This document shows, one piece after another, positions 1 through 11,310 of a stretch of DNA of 64,000 nt. The notes beneath the pieces are model-generated. The model had not been told where the DNA came from, did no database searches, and saw only the letters and a list, made by a program, of their open reading frames with translations. Source of the DNA: Amphiscolops sp. MND2022 (taxonomy: Eukaryota); the NCBI GenBank assembly GCA_964187785.1, contig OZ076409.1:45942001-46006000 (forward strand), given 5' to 3'. Each line of letters opens with the position of its first letter. Position 1 is the first letter of the stretch. The translations under genes were made by a program, and so were the position numbers.

Positions 1-382
1 TTCGTTTCAGCAGATCACCGATGTAATTTTTTGCAAAAATGTTTGACTTAAACCAGCATTGACGAAACGATTATACGTTTGAGAATTCTAAAACTTTACC
101 TGGATTACCAAACTTCATGAAACAAAAGTTAGGCTCTTGTGCTTTTTCTGGCACTTCATGATTTTTATGATTTTTTTGTTAAACAAGAATATTTTGAGTT
201 TGTTTGAAGCTTTCAGCCCGGAATGCTTTGTTTGTTGATTGCACTAAATCACACTTTGGATGGTTTCTGAAACTCGAATTTTTGAGCAGGTTTCAAAAAA
301 GACCGACATTGAAACTTAGATGAGCTTGTTAGGCATCCACCTCGCAAAGTTGGAAAAAAGAACGTTTCTATGCTCATTTTAG

Positions 383-688
383 GTTTCACAATCACCGATT
401 ACGACTCCAATTTATCTTGCAAATTCCACAAATTCTCCTACACTTTTGGGCCCCACGTTGTCGCACTGACAACGAGCTGCATCGCTGCAGACAGACTCGT
501 TGCAGTCATGTTTCCCATTCAATACAAAAATCATGCTACTGAAGCTAAAGGCTATCTGGTTGGTTCTGTAGTCATGCTTCTTGGATTTTTTATTGCCAGT
601 CCATGGTTGGCGCTCAGCCAATTGGTGGCTGATAAATGCATCATTGGTGAATGGAATGATGTTGTGTACCAGCTTCATGCTTATGCCA
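383..688 (+). CDS. Class A (rhodopsin-like) GPCR, internal exon (ECL1-TM3-TM4-ECL2)
   Basis: Acceptor ttttAG at 381-382 and donor GTAAGT at 689. Translates (G)FTITDYDSNLSCKFHKFSYTFGPHVVALTTSCIAADRLVAVMFPIQY...SPWL...C: TM3 Cys, DRY-like ADRLVAVxFPxxY, TM4 and ECL2 Cys. Phase 1 at both ends. Upstream exons (TM1-2) not identified in the window. Confidence 0.85.
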
Positions 689-1002
689 GTAAGTATGATT
701 ATACAGGGTCTTCTCAAAGCAATTTTTCAAATGTTTTTCGTTCACAAAATCACCGAATATTCAAATTCCTGAATCTGAAAAGGATGTAGGGGATAAGCAT
801 CAAACTAATTTTCTATTTTTTTTGGAAATTGCTAGTAATGACGCGTAGTTGAAGTGCTGACCAATCTACATCTATTCAGTTCCATTTGATCTACTCAGTT
901 TATTCAAGTGCTGTTTGCTCGAATTTTCTAAGTTACCTTGACATAGAAGATTCAAATTCAGGACGTTCATTCATATTTCAATATGTAGTTTCTTTGTTTC
1001 AG

Positions 1003-1180
1003 TCATTGCTTACATACCAATCTCGGCAATTTGCACCTTGGCTGTTGTACTGACAATAATAAAACGCAAGGTCTCGTCAGGATCAACAACCAGGAAGACC
1101 AACACTTTCTCGAAACGAGACAAAGAAGTGACAGCTGGCTTAATTGCACTGTGTTGTGTTTTCATTGTGACTGAAACAGG
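1003..1180 (+). CDS. GPCR exon (TM5-ICL3-TM6)
   Basis: Acceptor tctttgtttcAG at 1001-1002, in phase with the previous exon (a+tc=Ile). Reads IAYIPISAICTLAVVLTIIKRKVSSGSTTRKTNTFSKRDKEVTAGLIALCCVFIVTET. Ends at CAGG|GCAAGT, a GC donor in phase 2. Confidence 0.85.
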
Positions 1181-1715
1181 GCAAGTGAATTACATTACCA
1201 AGTAATTTTAAATGTCTTACACTTTTAGTGAAACATCGTTTTCATCGAAGTTCCAAGGTTCTCGGCCAATCACATTTTTCTATCCCAGCGTGATACCAAC
1301 GTTACTCTGATTTCAAATTTGTGCGCAATTTTGTAGTTTTGCAGAACTGTGCGAGATCATATACTTTACACATGTACTTTACATATACTTTACACATATA
1401 CTTTACATTTTGAGATTTTTCAACAAAACTTCAAGCTGAATATCAAAACTTGGACAATACTTATGCTTCTAGCGTCTTCTATTCCACACATGACAAAATA
1501 GTGTCAAAATTTCTCCACCAAACACTACTGGAAAAACTTGTAACATGTTTCAATCGTCAAATGATTTCACGTTGCAACTACTGTTTATCAAAATCCGTTT
1601 GAAGTATGTTTCAGCCGTTTTCCACGCCAACCAAAAGCATTGTAGCTGTTTCTTATACGAATGTCACACATTTTGGACCCTTTAGTGAAATTTTGAATTG
1701 ATTGTGAGACGTTGC

Positions 1716-3423
1716 TGGAATGAGTATCCTCGTCATCCTCATCATGGATTGGATTCCTTGGGAACTCATTCCGTGAACTATTTCTCACCTTGCAGTTAAA
1801 AGTTCCTTCGGATCTGTACTTCAGTCTCTCAACCGGGACGTTCCATCCCTTTTGGAGCGTTCGTCCGGAAGCGGACCTGATAGATGTTTGAATTTGTGGT
1901 AATACTTATTCACGATTTGCCTCAATTATAGCCCTCTGAATTTGAACAAGCCGGGACCGGCCCAAGTCGGCGCCATATCCAAGGCTCAAAAATAGCAAAA
2001 AGACTTCCAAGTGTCAAGTATTCGTTTACAGTAGTCGAAACTCGAAAATTTTTCGAAAATTTTTTTTTTTGAAAAAATTACATACTAAAAAAATGGACCG
2101 ACTGGCGCGCTAACGTCTCACAATGCCGAAAAACTGAAAAGGGGGACCCTTTGAGGTTTTTCAACATCCATTCTGTCGCAAAACATGAAAAAATTGAAGA
2201 AAAAAATTTTTTTATTTTCGGGAGAAAATCTCACAATGCCGAAAAAAACTGAAAGGAGGAACCCTTTGGGATTTTCCAACATCCATTCTGTCGCAAAACA
2301 TCAAAAAAAATGCAGGGGGGACCCTTTGCGGAAAAAAAATTTCGAAAAAAAAATCCGAAAAAAATGTCTCGCAGTGCCGAAAAAAAATGAAAGGGGGGAC
2401 TCTTTGGTCTCGCCCGGCATGATATGTTACGCGGAAAAACAGGTAAATTCATTTTGGTCCAGTTCGCTAGGCCAAATGGTGCTATTTGACACCATAATAT
2501 TTTGTAGAACTTTTAAGAACTATTTTGGTCAGTTCGTGTGGATTGAAAAAAAAAAAAAAAGAAAAGTCACTATAATAGTCGCGTTTCACTTCATGAAGCG
2601 CCGACTAAAAACTAACACTGTTTCATCAGTCCATTCGAATATTGAGTGATCCTTTTGTTGCGTTCCACTGACAGTCTATTTATCTCTCTACTAGAATCCG
2701 TCGCTCCTGGGTTTTGGCCATTTCCGACGAATCTCCTAGTTTCATTCTCTCCCGAATTGGAATGAGAATTAGTATTATGATCCACCAGTGCGTCATAACT
2801 AGCGCTTTCTGGCCTTCTAAGCAGAATTTCCAAACTCACAATCCTTGTTTTCAAATTGATTGCTACCTTTCAATATGTCCATAATTTCTAAGTCGGACAG
2901 CATTTCTGCTTCTTTAGATTTTCTAGCTCTTTGCTCTTCTGCTTCCTTGTAGTAAGCATGAAGAATATCCGATTGTGAATATTTAAATCATTCAATCATA
3001 AAAATGAATTTTGACATAGGTTTGAACAACAGAACGGTTCGCAACAGAGTCGGCCCCAGGAGAAAAACTGGTATATATAGTCCTGAGGGCAAGACATTCT
3101 TATTCCTGTGCCTCAGCAAATCAATATTCTATCTAAGAAAACGTCTCATGACCATTTACTACTGCATTCCTTGACCATCAACAATTGGACGCATAAAAGC
3201 GTCGGAAGGGAAGAACTACATTACTTACAACACAGTATTCCAAAGGCACTTCCAAATGTAACATTATACCATTGCTAACTAATAAAACTTAAAATCGTGA
3301 AAAGTTGACAAAAGGCATTTGAAATATGCAATACCCAACTTAGACACGTGGAGGCACACGAGCCGTAATAACTGGAGCTGGATATTGTTTGCCGGCACCT
3401 GTTGTGTATCATGTCCCATCACA
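1716..3423 (-). repeat. 3' LTR of element A (interrupted by HINE at 1945-2611)
   Basis: Colinear with 6288-7865, e.g. 2640-2830 vs 6478-6670 and 3372-3423 vs 7814-7865. Carries a degenerate ORF (...ALVDHNTNSHSNSGENE...RNSSRNEFPRNPIHDEDDEDTH). Confidence 0.65.
1945..2611 (-). mobile_element. Non-autonomous Helentron-associated element (HINE/DINE-like)
   Basis: Minus-strand layout: T-run, subTIR AGTCGGCGC (2606-2598) forming a 5' stem-loop, central ~110-bp subrepeats (tgccgaaaaa..gggggaccctttg), second subTIR (1974-1965), GCCGG-xx-CCGGC hairpin (1950-1961), terminal CTTGTT. Inserted at AA/TT with no TSD. Confidence 0.75.
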
Positions 3424-6287
3424 GGCGGCAACATGCGATACTGCCAGTGCTAAGATTAGAATCGTTCCGGCATTTAGTCCATTTTCGTAGGCTTTTCTCC
3501 TGAGTCTCGTGACCTAACCGGGTTCTTCTTTCGGGGTAGATTTTTGCATATAGAAATCCACGTTCTCTCACTTGATCGCGTCTACAGACTTGCAAACCAG
3601 GCACCCAGTGTATCGTATTTCGCTTACATGTTAATACGACATTGTGTTTTCGACGTGACAGGCGGCTCTGAAACTTGAATCCGGAGGCTGACTGATTGGA
3701 GTCGCCATCACTGGCCCTCTTTCGTGCGGCATGGGAGACATGGTTGGATCTGCAATTGGGAATATTGTCTTGCATAATTGTATCCTTTCCCAAGCATCCT
3801 CCTTGGCCGGGTCGTAAAACAACTTTTCGTCAAAGTATACTTTACTGAGCTTGGGGACAATGCCCGCAAATGCTTGACTTGTGCTAAGTCCTGACACCAA
3901 TCTTTTTTCTGTCGTCCACCATCATGGCCCTTTCGCCAATCAACACTGGGCAGGAGGTTACTTCCCTCTCAATCCTTATCACTAATTCGTCTGTGTCTGA
4001 GGACCAGTCAGGCTCCCAGCCATCTGATTGCTCCTCTTCCTTGCTGCTGGAGACTCAAAAGCCGAGTCAATTGATAATGTTGAACTTATTTTATCAGCTT
4101 CGAACAGCCTTTAAAATCGGTTGAATTTCTGCATTATGATTTTGTTCGCAATCTTTAACTGCTGAAAGCAACCAAATTTGGCGAGGATTAAGATAGAATG
4201 AATCCTCTGCTCAACCTCCGACTGAGCCGTTTAAAGCGTTTTCCCGGCAATTTTGCTTATGCGGGAGAAACTTTGGTAAATTAACACAGCATAAATTTTT
4301 TCGAAGTCGGCATTAATTTTTCGAAATGACATTCTCCTGCTGCCGGCAACCTTTGAATTCCGATTGTTTAACCCTCTTCTTCATCTATTTCAAGAGAGGC
4401 GTGAAAGAAACTTCCAGTTGTTGTCATCAAGTAAACTCAATTCAAGAAGTTATTTAACGGCGCGTGTCGCATAACTCTCTCAATATGGTTTTAGCCAATC
4501 AAATCCCTCTGTTGATAAACTTAAGAGTATTGAGGAAATGGCGGTAAATAGGAATTATTGGGAAATAATATGAAATAGCAATACTTCTAAACTAACGTGA
4601 GGTAATTGATAGGGAACAAAGCGAAAGAAAACGAAACTGAGGAAGATTAACTAAACAAGTTTTAAAAAATAGGTTGTAAATATGGTAGAAACCTTGTACA
4701 TCTCGCTGGCAGACTCCATGTACATTTTAAATATGTATAAAATTCCCACAAGATATTGTTTTGAGCCACGAACTTTCTTCAGCCACGAACTTTCTTCAGC
4801 CACGAACTCCCACTTTCCATTTCCTTTACTAGCTCTTCCAAATTGCTTTCTTTTGAAATCCAATTCCATTCTACCTAATTCCATAGCAGTCAGCCTTATA
4901 GTTATCTTTGCGGACAGCAGTTTCTCGTAATTATGCCAGTGGTGGCCATTTCCCTTCAACTCCCTTTGTCACAGTTTCTTTCGTTAGTTTGCTGTTTATA
5001 GCCATTGGTTCATCCTTCTTTAATCCTTATCCGAATATTGTCCCATATCCAGAATCAACAGTTGGTAGAAAAATCTACAATTGAATGTAAGTTTGGGTTC
5101 TCTTTTGAACTAAGCTAACTTGATCCGAGTTTAGCTTTGTTCACATTTGCTTCCTCTTTCCATTTCGTTCACGTGATTTCTTGTCACATTGATTTCAAAA
5201 CACTTGCGGAAGACTCCATAAGCGGTGAAATCGATTTCTTTCAAGGAAGCCATAAAATTTTATTCCTTTCTGTTTAGATAATCAAACAATTGAGAATCAC
5301 TCTGACCCAGCCTTGACATCAAATGTTTCCCCTCCTGAGGCCCTGACTCAGCTTGCAATATCCCAAACACAAGGATTGCCAACCTGCTCACTAGCTGGCT
5401 TTGTCAGTGATGTCGACGTCACAGCATTCGCAGACAAAATGGTCAAAGTCATTGCAAAAACCCATCCTCCCATTCCTGAAGAGACTGAAGAAACACCTTC
5501 ACGCAATTCGGATTTGGCCAACGACCAACAACTAATTACTGTTACAGGCCAGTCAGGGGTATTGGTCTGTTCTAACACTCCAGTGCCAGGTCAGGAGTCA
5601 GAGGACACCAATGCTATCTTGACTACTCTTGAATAAGCCCTTGAGGCTGCTGCCACCTCTAGGACTCAACTGGCTGAGTTATTTCCATCTACTGGGCCTT
5701 CTAAGCGAAAAATCTTTTTTGGCTCACCCCCTCTAGATGATGATGTTGCCTCGTCAATTTATGAAGTTCATCCTCTCCCTGAAGGAGACCCCTATCCAAT
5801 ACTCCAGTGATTTGAGTGAGGGGAAAAACTGCCGACTGCGATCTCATCCCGAGTTGCTCTTACATACTGAAAGGTACTTTTAGAAATGAGGAATCTGGCA
5901 CTGAAGGAGGAGATGAGCCGGATTTGACCCACCTCAAATAGATCAGCCTGGGAAATCTTCATCCACCGGTGGATGCCCGGGAGACAGATACCACGAACAA
6001 TCCGGGCGCAGTCAAAGCATTTTAAAACGTTACTACCAGGACACCCCTCCATTTTCGTTACCACTGGGACACCCTACAGTAGCGTTTAGTGAGTCCCAAA
6101 TGCACCATCTTTTAAGGGTGCTAACAGATGAAACCGTAAAATTGTCTTCTACCACTGTTCTTGTGCACCTAAATCGTGTCAAGGGAATTGTTGTGATCAC
6201 AGATGCATTGGTTCAGTGCGTTCGGGACAGGGTTCGTCCTGTGAGGACCTCACGGAGGTTTTGGAGCTTCGTTGTCTCCTGTCACTA

Positions 6288-7865
6288 TGTAAAGAGCTTC
6301 TGACCTTGCTGTTAAAAGTTTTTTTGGGATTTCTACTCCGATCTCTCAGCCTCTTTTGGGGCATTTGTCTGGAACCGGACCTGAGAGAGGCTTGAATTTG
6401 CGGTAACCCTTTTTCGTTATTTGCCTCACTTATTGCCCTCTGAGCTTGAGAACAACATTGTTCATTAATCCATTGATCTATTGAGTGATCCTTTGGTTGC
6501 GTTCCACTGACAGCCTATTTATCTCACTACTAGAATCAGTCTCTCCTGTTTTTTGGCCATTAATGGCGAATCTCCTAATTTCATTCTCTCCCGAATTGGA
6601 ATGACAATTAGTTTTATGATCCACCAGTGCGACATAACTAGAGCTTCCTGGCCTTCTAGTTGATTTTCCAAGTTCACTATCTTCTCTTTCAAAGTGATTG
6701 CTAACTAGCAAAATATCTATTTTGTCTAAATCGCACAGCATTTCTGCTTCCCTAGTTTTTCTAGTCTTGCTTTTCTTCTTCATTGTCGTTTGCATGAAGA
6801 AACTCCGATTGTGAATATTTAAATTAATCTATAAGAAAAGGAAACTTGAAATAGGTTTGAACAACAGCACGGCTTGCAAAATTGTGTCGGCCCCAGAAGA
6901 ATAACTGGCATTTATAGTCCGTCGGGAATGATTTTCACACTCCTGTGCATCAACAAATCAACATACTATCTAAGAAAATCTCATATGACCCTTTACCGTG
7001 CATTCCCGGAATGGCACTTGGCCATCAACAATTGAACGCATCAAAGCGTCAGAAGAATTTGAATACTCACAACACTGTATTTCAAAGGCATTTCCAAATG
7101 AAACACTATTCTAACACAAATGTTCAAATCGTCAACAGGTATTCAAACTATGCATCAACTTACTTAGACACGTGTTGAAACACGAGCCAAAGTAAGTTAC
7201 ATGAATGAAACATTCTACATTTCACATGCAATGAATATATACTAATGTGGCCTAGTCTGACTGTGCGGCATAACATCACGCTTTAGCCACCAGCCGGAAT
7301 AGGTCCGGAGACTGGTGTTCAGTAGCATTGCACTAACTTAACATTTAGCACTGCAAACACTAAAAGGACCTTTTTTATCGTGTCTTGGCAATTGTACTAT
7401 TATTGGAGGAACCAATTACAACCTGAATGAATTAATAGCAACTTGAAAAGGTACTAGATTATCTGGCCGGATCCGGCAAATTACCTAGCGTTCACTACAT
7501 TTTGTTGAAGTTTGGTCAAATGGCCGTAAGCAGCAAATAATGGTATTACACTAATGCATACTGAGTTGTGATTCGTTAATATTGTGCTGGCAAGTCTCGT
7601 TGCCGTAAAAGTACGGAAGCTCAATCGAACTCGTTTCCGTACTTCTACGCAGTGTTTTACACTTGCCTAGCAATTACAACTTTCACAGCTATCATCATAA
7701 TTCATCGCTTCAAACAATTGAATCATCAATTTTTTAAACATTTCAGCATATAATGTTAGTAGACTAATATTCGAGAAGTTAAAATGTAGCAAAATCATAA
7801 AATCAATATTAACCTGGAGCTGGATTTTGTTTGCCGGTACATTTTGTGTAACTTGTTCCATCACA
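6288..7865 (-). repeat. 5' LTR of element A (about 610-bp unrelated insert at about 7200-7812)
   Basis: Homologous to 1716-3423. PBS-like sequence lies directly downstream at 6287-6276. ORF 6478..6795 lies within it. Confidence 0.65.
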
Positions 7866-8802
7866 GGCGGAAGCCTGACAAAGTTGCAGTAACTAAATCG
7901 AACTCACGTGTGAGCTTAAATCCGAAGAAATAGGAACAAAAGGAAGGACCCTTTATGAACAGAAAAAACATCTGGATTGATTAGGGGTAGTTTTAGCGGT
8001 GAATATTTTTTTCTCCACACCACAAAGCTCACATTGAAAGGGCTACTTTGTAAAGACTTTACGCTTCAGGTCTAAAGGCATCCGGAAAAGTACTACCTTT
8101 AAGTATTTCATATTTTTATCTCGAAACAATCCTCAAAAATATGGAATAGGAGTGTCACCCTCAGAGTTTTTCTGGCTTAATGCGACTGTTTTTTTAAAGA
8201 AATTTTTCACTCAAGAATTCCCTTTTCAAAATTTTTAAACATTCATGGCGATTCAAAAACCACAATTTTGGCAGAAAGGACCCTCGAGCGTAATGAATGA
8301 GACTAATTTTGACTACATTTTGAGACTAATGTAGGCGCTGACTCCTTCCTTTTCACAAAATTTTATCAGAATGTTTTCTTTGAGTTCATATATAACTCGT
8401 TCATCATGGCTGTTTGATATATCTTAAATTAATTCATATCTCTGATAATGAGAATATGATGACGAAACATTTTCGGTTCTCATGTGTTAGGACTTCTTAC
8501 GATTTTGCATGAAGAGACGGAAACCATTCCGTAAAAATCTTTACCTTTGAAATGAAAACAAAATTGTTACAAATTGAAACAATGATAATCACAAATTGAA
8601 CACCATTCAGTCAAACTCGGTTTTTCCAACGATGTTGACAGACAAAGGTTTTTCGAAAATTTAAAAAGACTCCGAGACACCGAAGTTTGAAATTTGACAG
8701 TTTGACATTTCCAAAATCATGTTGTCTGGTTTTCTGATTGTCAGAAAAACTTTGAATCGGTATAGAGAACCAATATACTTATAGTCCACTGCAATATTTC
8801 AG

Positions 8803-9010
8803 GTACTCTGTCTTGCAAATGGGGGCTAAGACCGGCTGGAACTCTACAGTGGATGTTTCGCTGTCGATGAGTAAATTTTTGCTAGCACTGAGTGCTTTTT
8901 GTCTGGTAGTCAATAGTGTGGCCACTGCTCCCATCTACTTGTGCATTACGCCAATGCGTCAAGCTCTCTTCAAAACATCCTCCCAACCAACTAGCAACAA
9001 TCAAGTCTAG
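8803..9010 (+). CDS. GPCR terminal exon (end of TM6-ECL3-TM7-helix 8)
   Basis: Acceptor atatttcAG at 8801-8802. Phase 2 fits the 1180 donor (gg+g=Gly). Reads GYSVLQMGAKTGWNSTVDVSLSMSKFLLALSAFCLVVNSVATAPIYLCITPMRQALF...*, with an NPxxY-like NSVATAPIY and helix-8 MRQALF. Confidence 0.8.
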
Positions 9011-10519
9011 ACCAAGTTCTGACAATCTGAAAAGTATTCAACTCACTTCGAAGTATGCAAACTTTTTAGCGACAGTTGAATTGAGGTAGCGTTTACATCG
9101 CCGGAAAACTAGACAAGTAAACTAGGTATTTTTTGATTTTGTTGCTGAAAAGTTTGCTAGCTCTTCATTTCAGCTGTAACCTTGTCCTCTGAAACTTTGC
9201 CTCAATCTTCTTCCTTCAAAACTTCACTCCCCCATTTTTGCTGCTGCCTCAGCAGAAACACCAGGCTGAAAACCACCCGCAAGATTTGAACTTTGAATCA
9301 CATTATCGTTTTTGTTTCTCAAAGCACCCAAAACCTATAGCGAAAGCCATAACTACATGCGCAACTCTGGAATTACATCTGTTTTGATAGAAGTTTAAGC
9401 ATTGTCTTCTCCTAATTATAATCTTGCAGAAGTACTTATATAACTTTTGCAGGTAACTATGTCACATTCCTTTAGAATGCTACTGTGATCATTAAAATCG
9501 ATGATTGAAAATTGGAATTCGCTGAGTCAATTTAAACCCATAAGATTATCTTTTCACACTACTTCCAAAAATTTTTCGACAAAACAGAGCATGCATTTTT
9601 AAAGATTTCACTTCAACTCTACCCATTTGCATGGAAGCCATCTGCTCATACACTTATTCAATATATAGAGTTTTGAAAATCATATATATCAGAAATCCAA
9701 GTGTAATTGTGCTTGTAATACAATAACACGATCTTCACAAAAAATCATGTCTTTTCTTTACAAGTTATATGGCCAACAAAGTCTCCTTTTCGTGCGGACA
9801 TTGAGCTTTTACGTATGTCACTGGAAAGCTGCCTCGGTGTATTTGCCACTATAGGTTTTTTCAGAACGTTTTGAAAGAAAATACTGACCGTAATTAGGAA
9901 AATACTCATTTTGAGCTTTACGGGAGGTGGTGGTTTGAAACACAGGCTGTGTATGAATCGAAAGTTACGAACTTGCCATGTTTATCAAAAACATCATTAT
10001 CTCATTTTACTTTAATGACTTCAAGTTTTTCATATACCACTTTTTACTATCAGATTTGAAGTTCAGCTCCAGTCACAGCCATGTGATTTAAATCGGCAGA
10101 TCCTGAAAATCACAGATGTCGAGATTCGACACGTTTCTGTTAGCAAATTCATAACATTATGTCTTCACAGCACTATTTTTCAATTCCACCTATATGAATT
10201 TACAATGCTGTGGAGATGTCCGGGAGTGTGGCATAACCTGGAAATTATCAGGCGTCACAAACTTAACAAACTGTTCATTTGCATTAGATGTCTGATTGTC
10301 TCAGCCTAGAGCTTCGGTTGGAACCCGTTAGAAGCGATGAAGGCAAAAACGCTTCAAACCACTATTAAAACATTTGTTTTTCAAATCGTTTTGTAATATG
10401 AAACTGAAGTCATGTAAATTTATGAATGATATCTTGGTAACTGCAACGTTCTTTTGTATCCAGTAATGATACACCTAATATTTGTGAATAATGTTGATTT
10501 TACATATATTTGAGTGAGA

Positions 10520-11310
10520 AGTGTATACTACTTGTTTACCAGCTACATTATGTTGTTAGCTATGAAACGAAAAAAACTAATGCTGTATTTTGTTCATATC
10601 ATAATACAATACAAGTTTACCATTTTCGAGAAATTAAGTGAGTTTTTTCAAGAACATGATTTTTCAAAATTGTTCGTTCATGCTTATGTAGTATATCGTG
10701 AACTCAAATGGTCATAGAAAGTGTGACTCGTACTGTATGTCACTGATTTCCATTGAAAATCAATACTACGGTTTAAACAGAGTAATGCAAGCAACAGCCA
10801 TTCAGAAAAAAAAAGAATCATTTGTGCTTTGCTGGATCATATGTTCTTTGCTGGATCATAAGTATGATGTCATGCATAAACTTAATTATTAAATTGATAA
10901 TATAACGAGGCACTATTTTTGAATAGAGTGTAACGATGATAAAAGAATGATTCCCTGAAAAAAGCTGTCATGCAACTAAAAATAGACCCTACAAAAATGA
11001 GAAGAAAACGCTTCAATTCTTTCCTTTTAATCTTTTGCAGAAATTAGACCAACCTTTTCTATCCTTCTTCAAAGTACAAACTGTGATTAACTTCATCTGC
11101 ACTTCTATGTCATTTAGTTAATTTGGTGAAATGTATGAATTTTTTCAAATCGTTCTCTACATAAAACCTGTTCATTTTCTCAAAATAAAAGAAGTTCTTT
11201 TCACCATCAAAGCAACATATTACTTTAATTGAGAATAAGAGAAACACACGATCAAAGCGAGAGAAAGATAAGTGCTCCAGAAGCAAAAGCCTCACAGAGT
11301 AATAAAACTA
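10520..11310 (+). repeat. Diverged interspersed repeat, copy 1 (copy 2 at about 14250-14930)
   Basis: Shared colinear blocks, e.g. ttgttcgttcatgctt, gtgactc.tactgta, agataagtgct.c.gaagcaaaagc.tcac.g.gtaat. Confidence 0.6.

Larger units (their letters stand above)
1716..7865 (-). mobile_element. Internally deleted Gypsy-type LTR element (element A) inside the GPCR intron
   Basis: Two diverged direct repeats (1716-3423 and 6288-7865), both starting TGTGATGG on the minus strand. The 6288 copy ends ...TTTACA and is followed by TAGTGACAGGAG, matching the PBS TGGTGACAGGAG at 28158. No pol is recognisable in 3424-6275, and no TSD was found. Confidence 0.65.

Noticed and set aside
130-230. Upstream GPCR TM2 exon (FLALHDFYD)
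   Set aside because: The LAxxD-like text is bounded by stops and I found no phase-compatible donor, so the evidence is insufficient.
1229-1500. Proximal GPCR terminal exon
   Set aside because: Candidate acceptors give early stops and no convincing TM7, whereas the 8803 exon fits phase and motifs.
4765-4808. 17-bp unit repeated 2.5 times, and the tatactttacaca repeats at about 1360-1410
   Set aside because: Ordinary local slippage duplications with no further structure.
4100-5280. hAT transposase on the minus strand
   Set aside because: Only vague similarity, with no DDE or dimerisation motif that I could anchor.
10060-10110. TRAF/SIAH-like zinc finger (CRFKSHGCDW, minus strand)
   Set aside because: Isolated 10-residue match flanked by stops, with no supporting domain.
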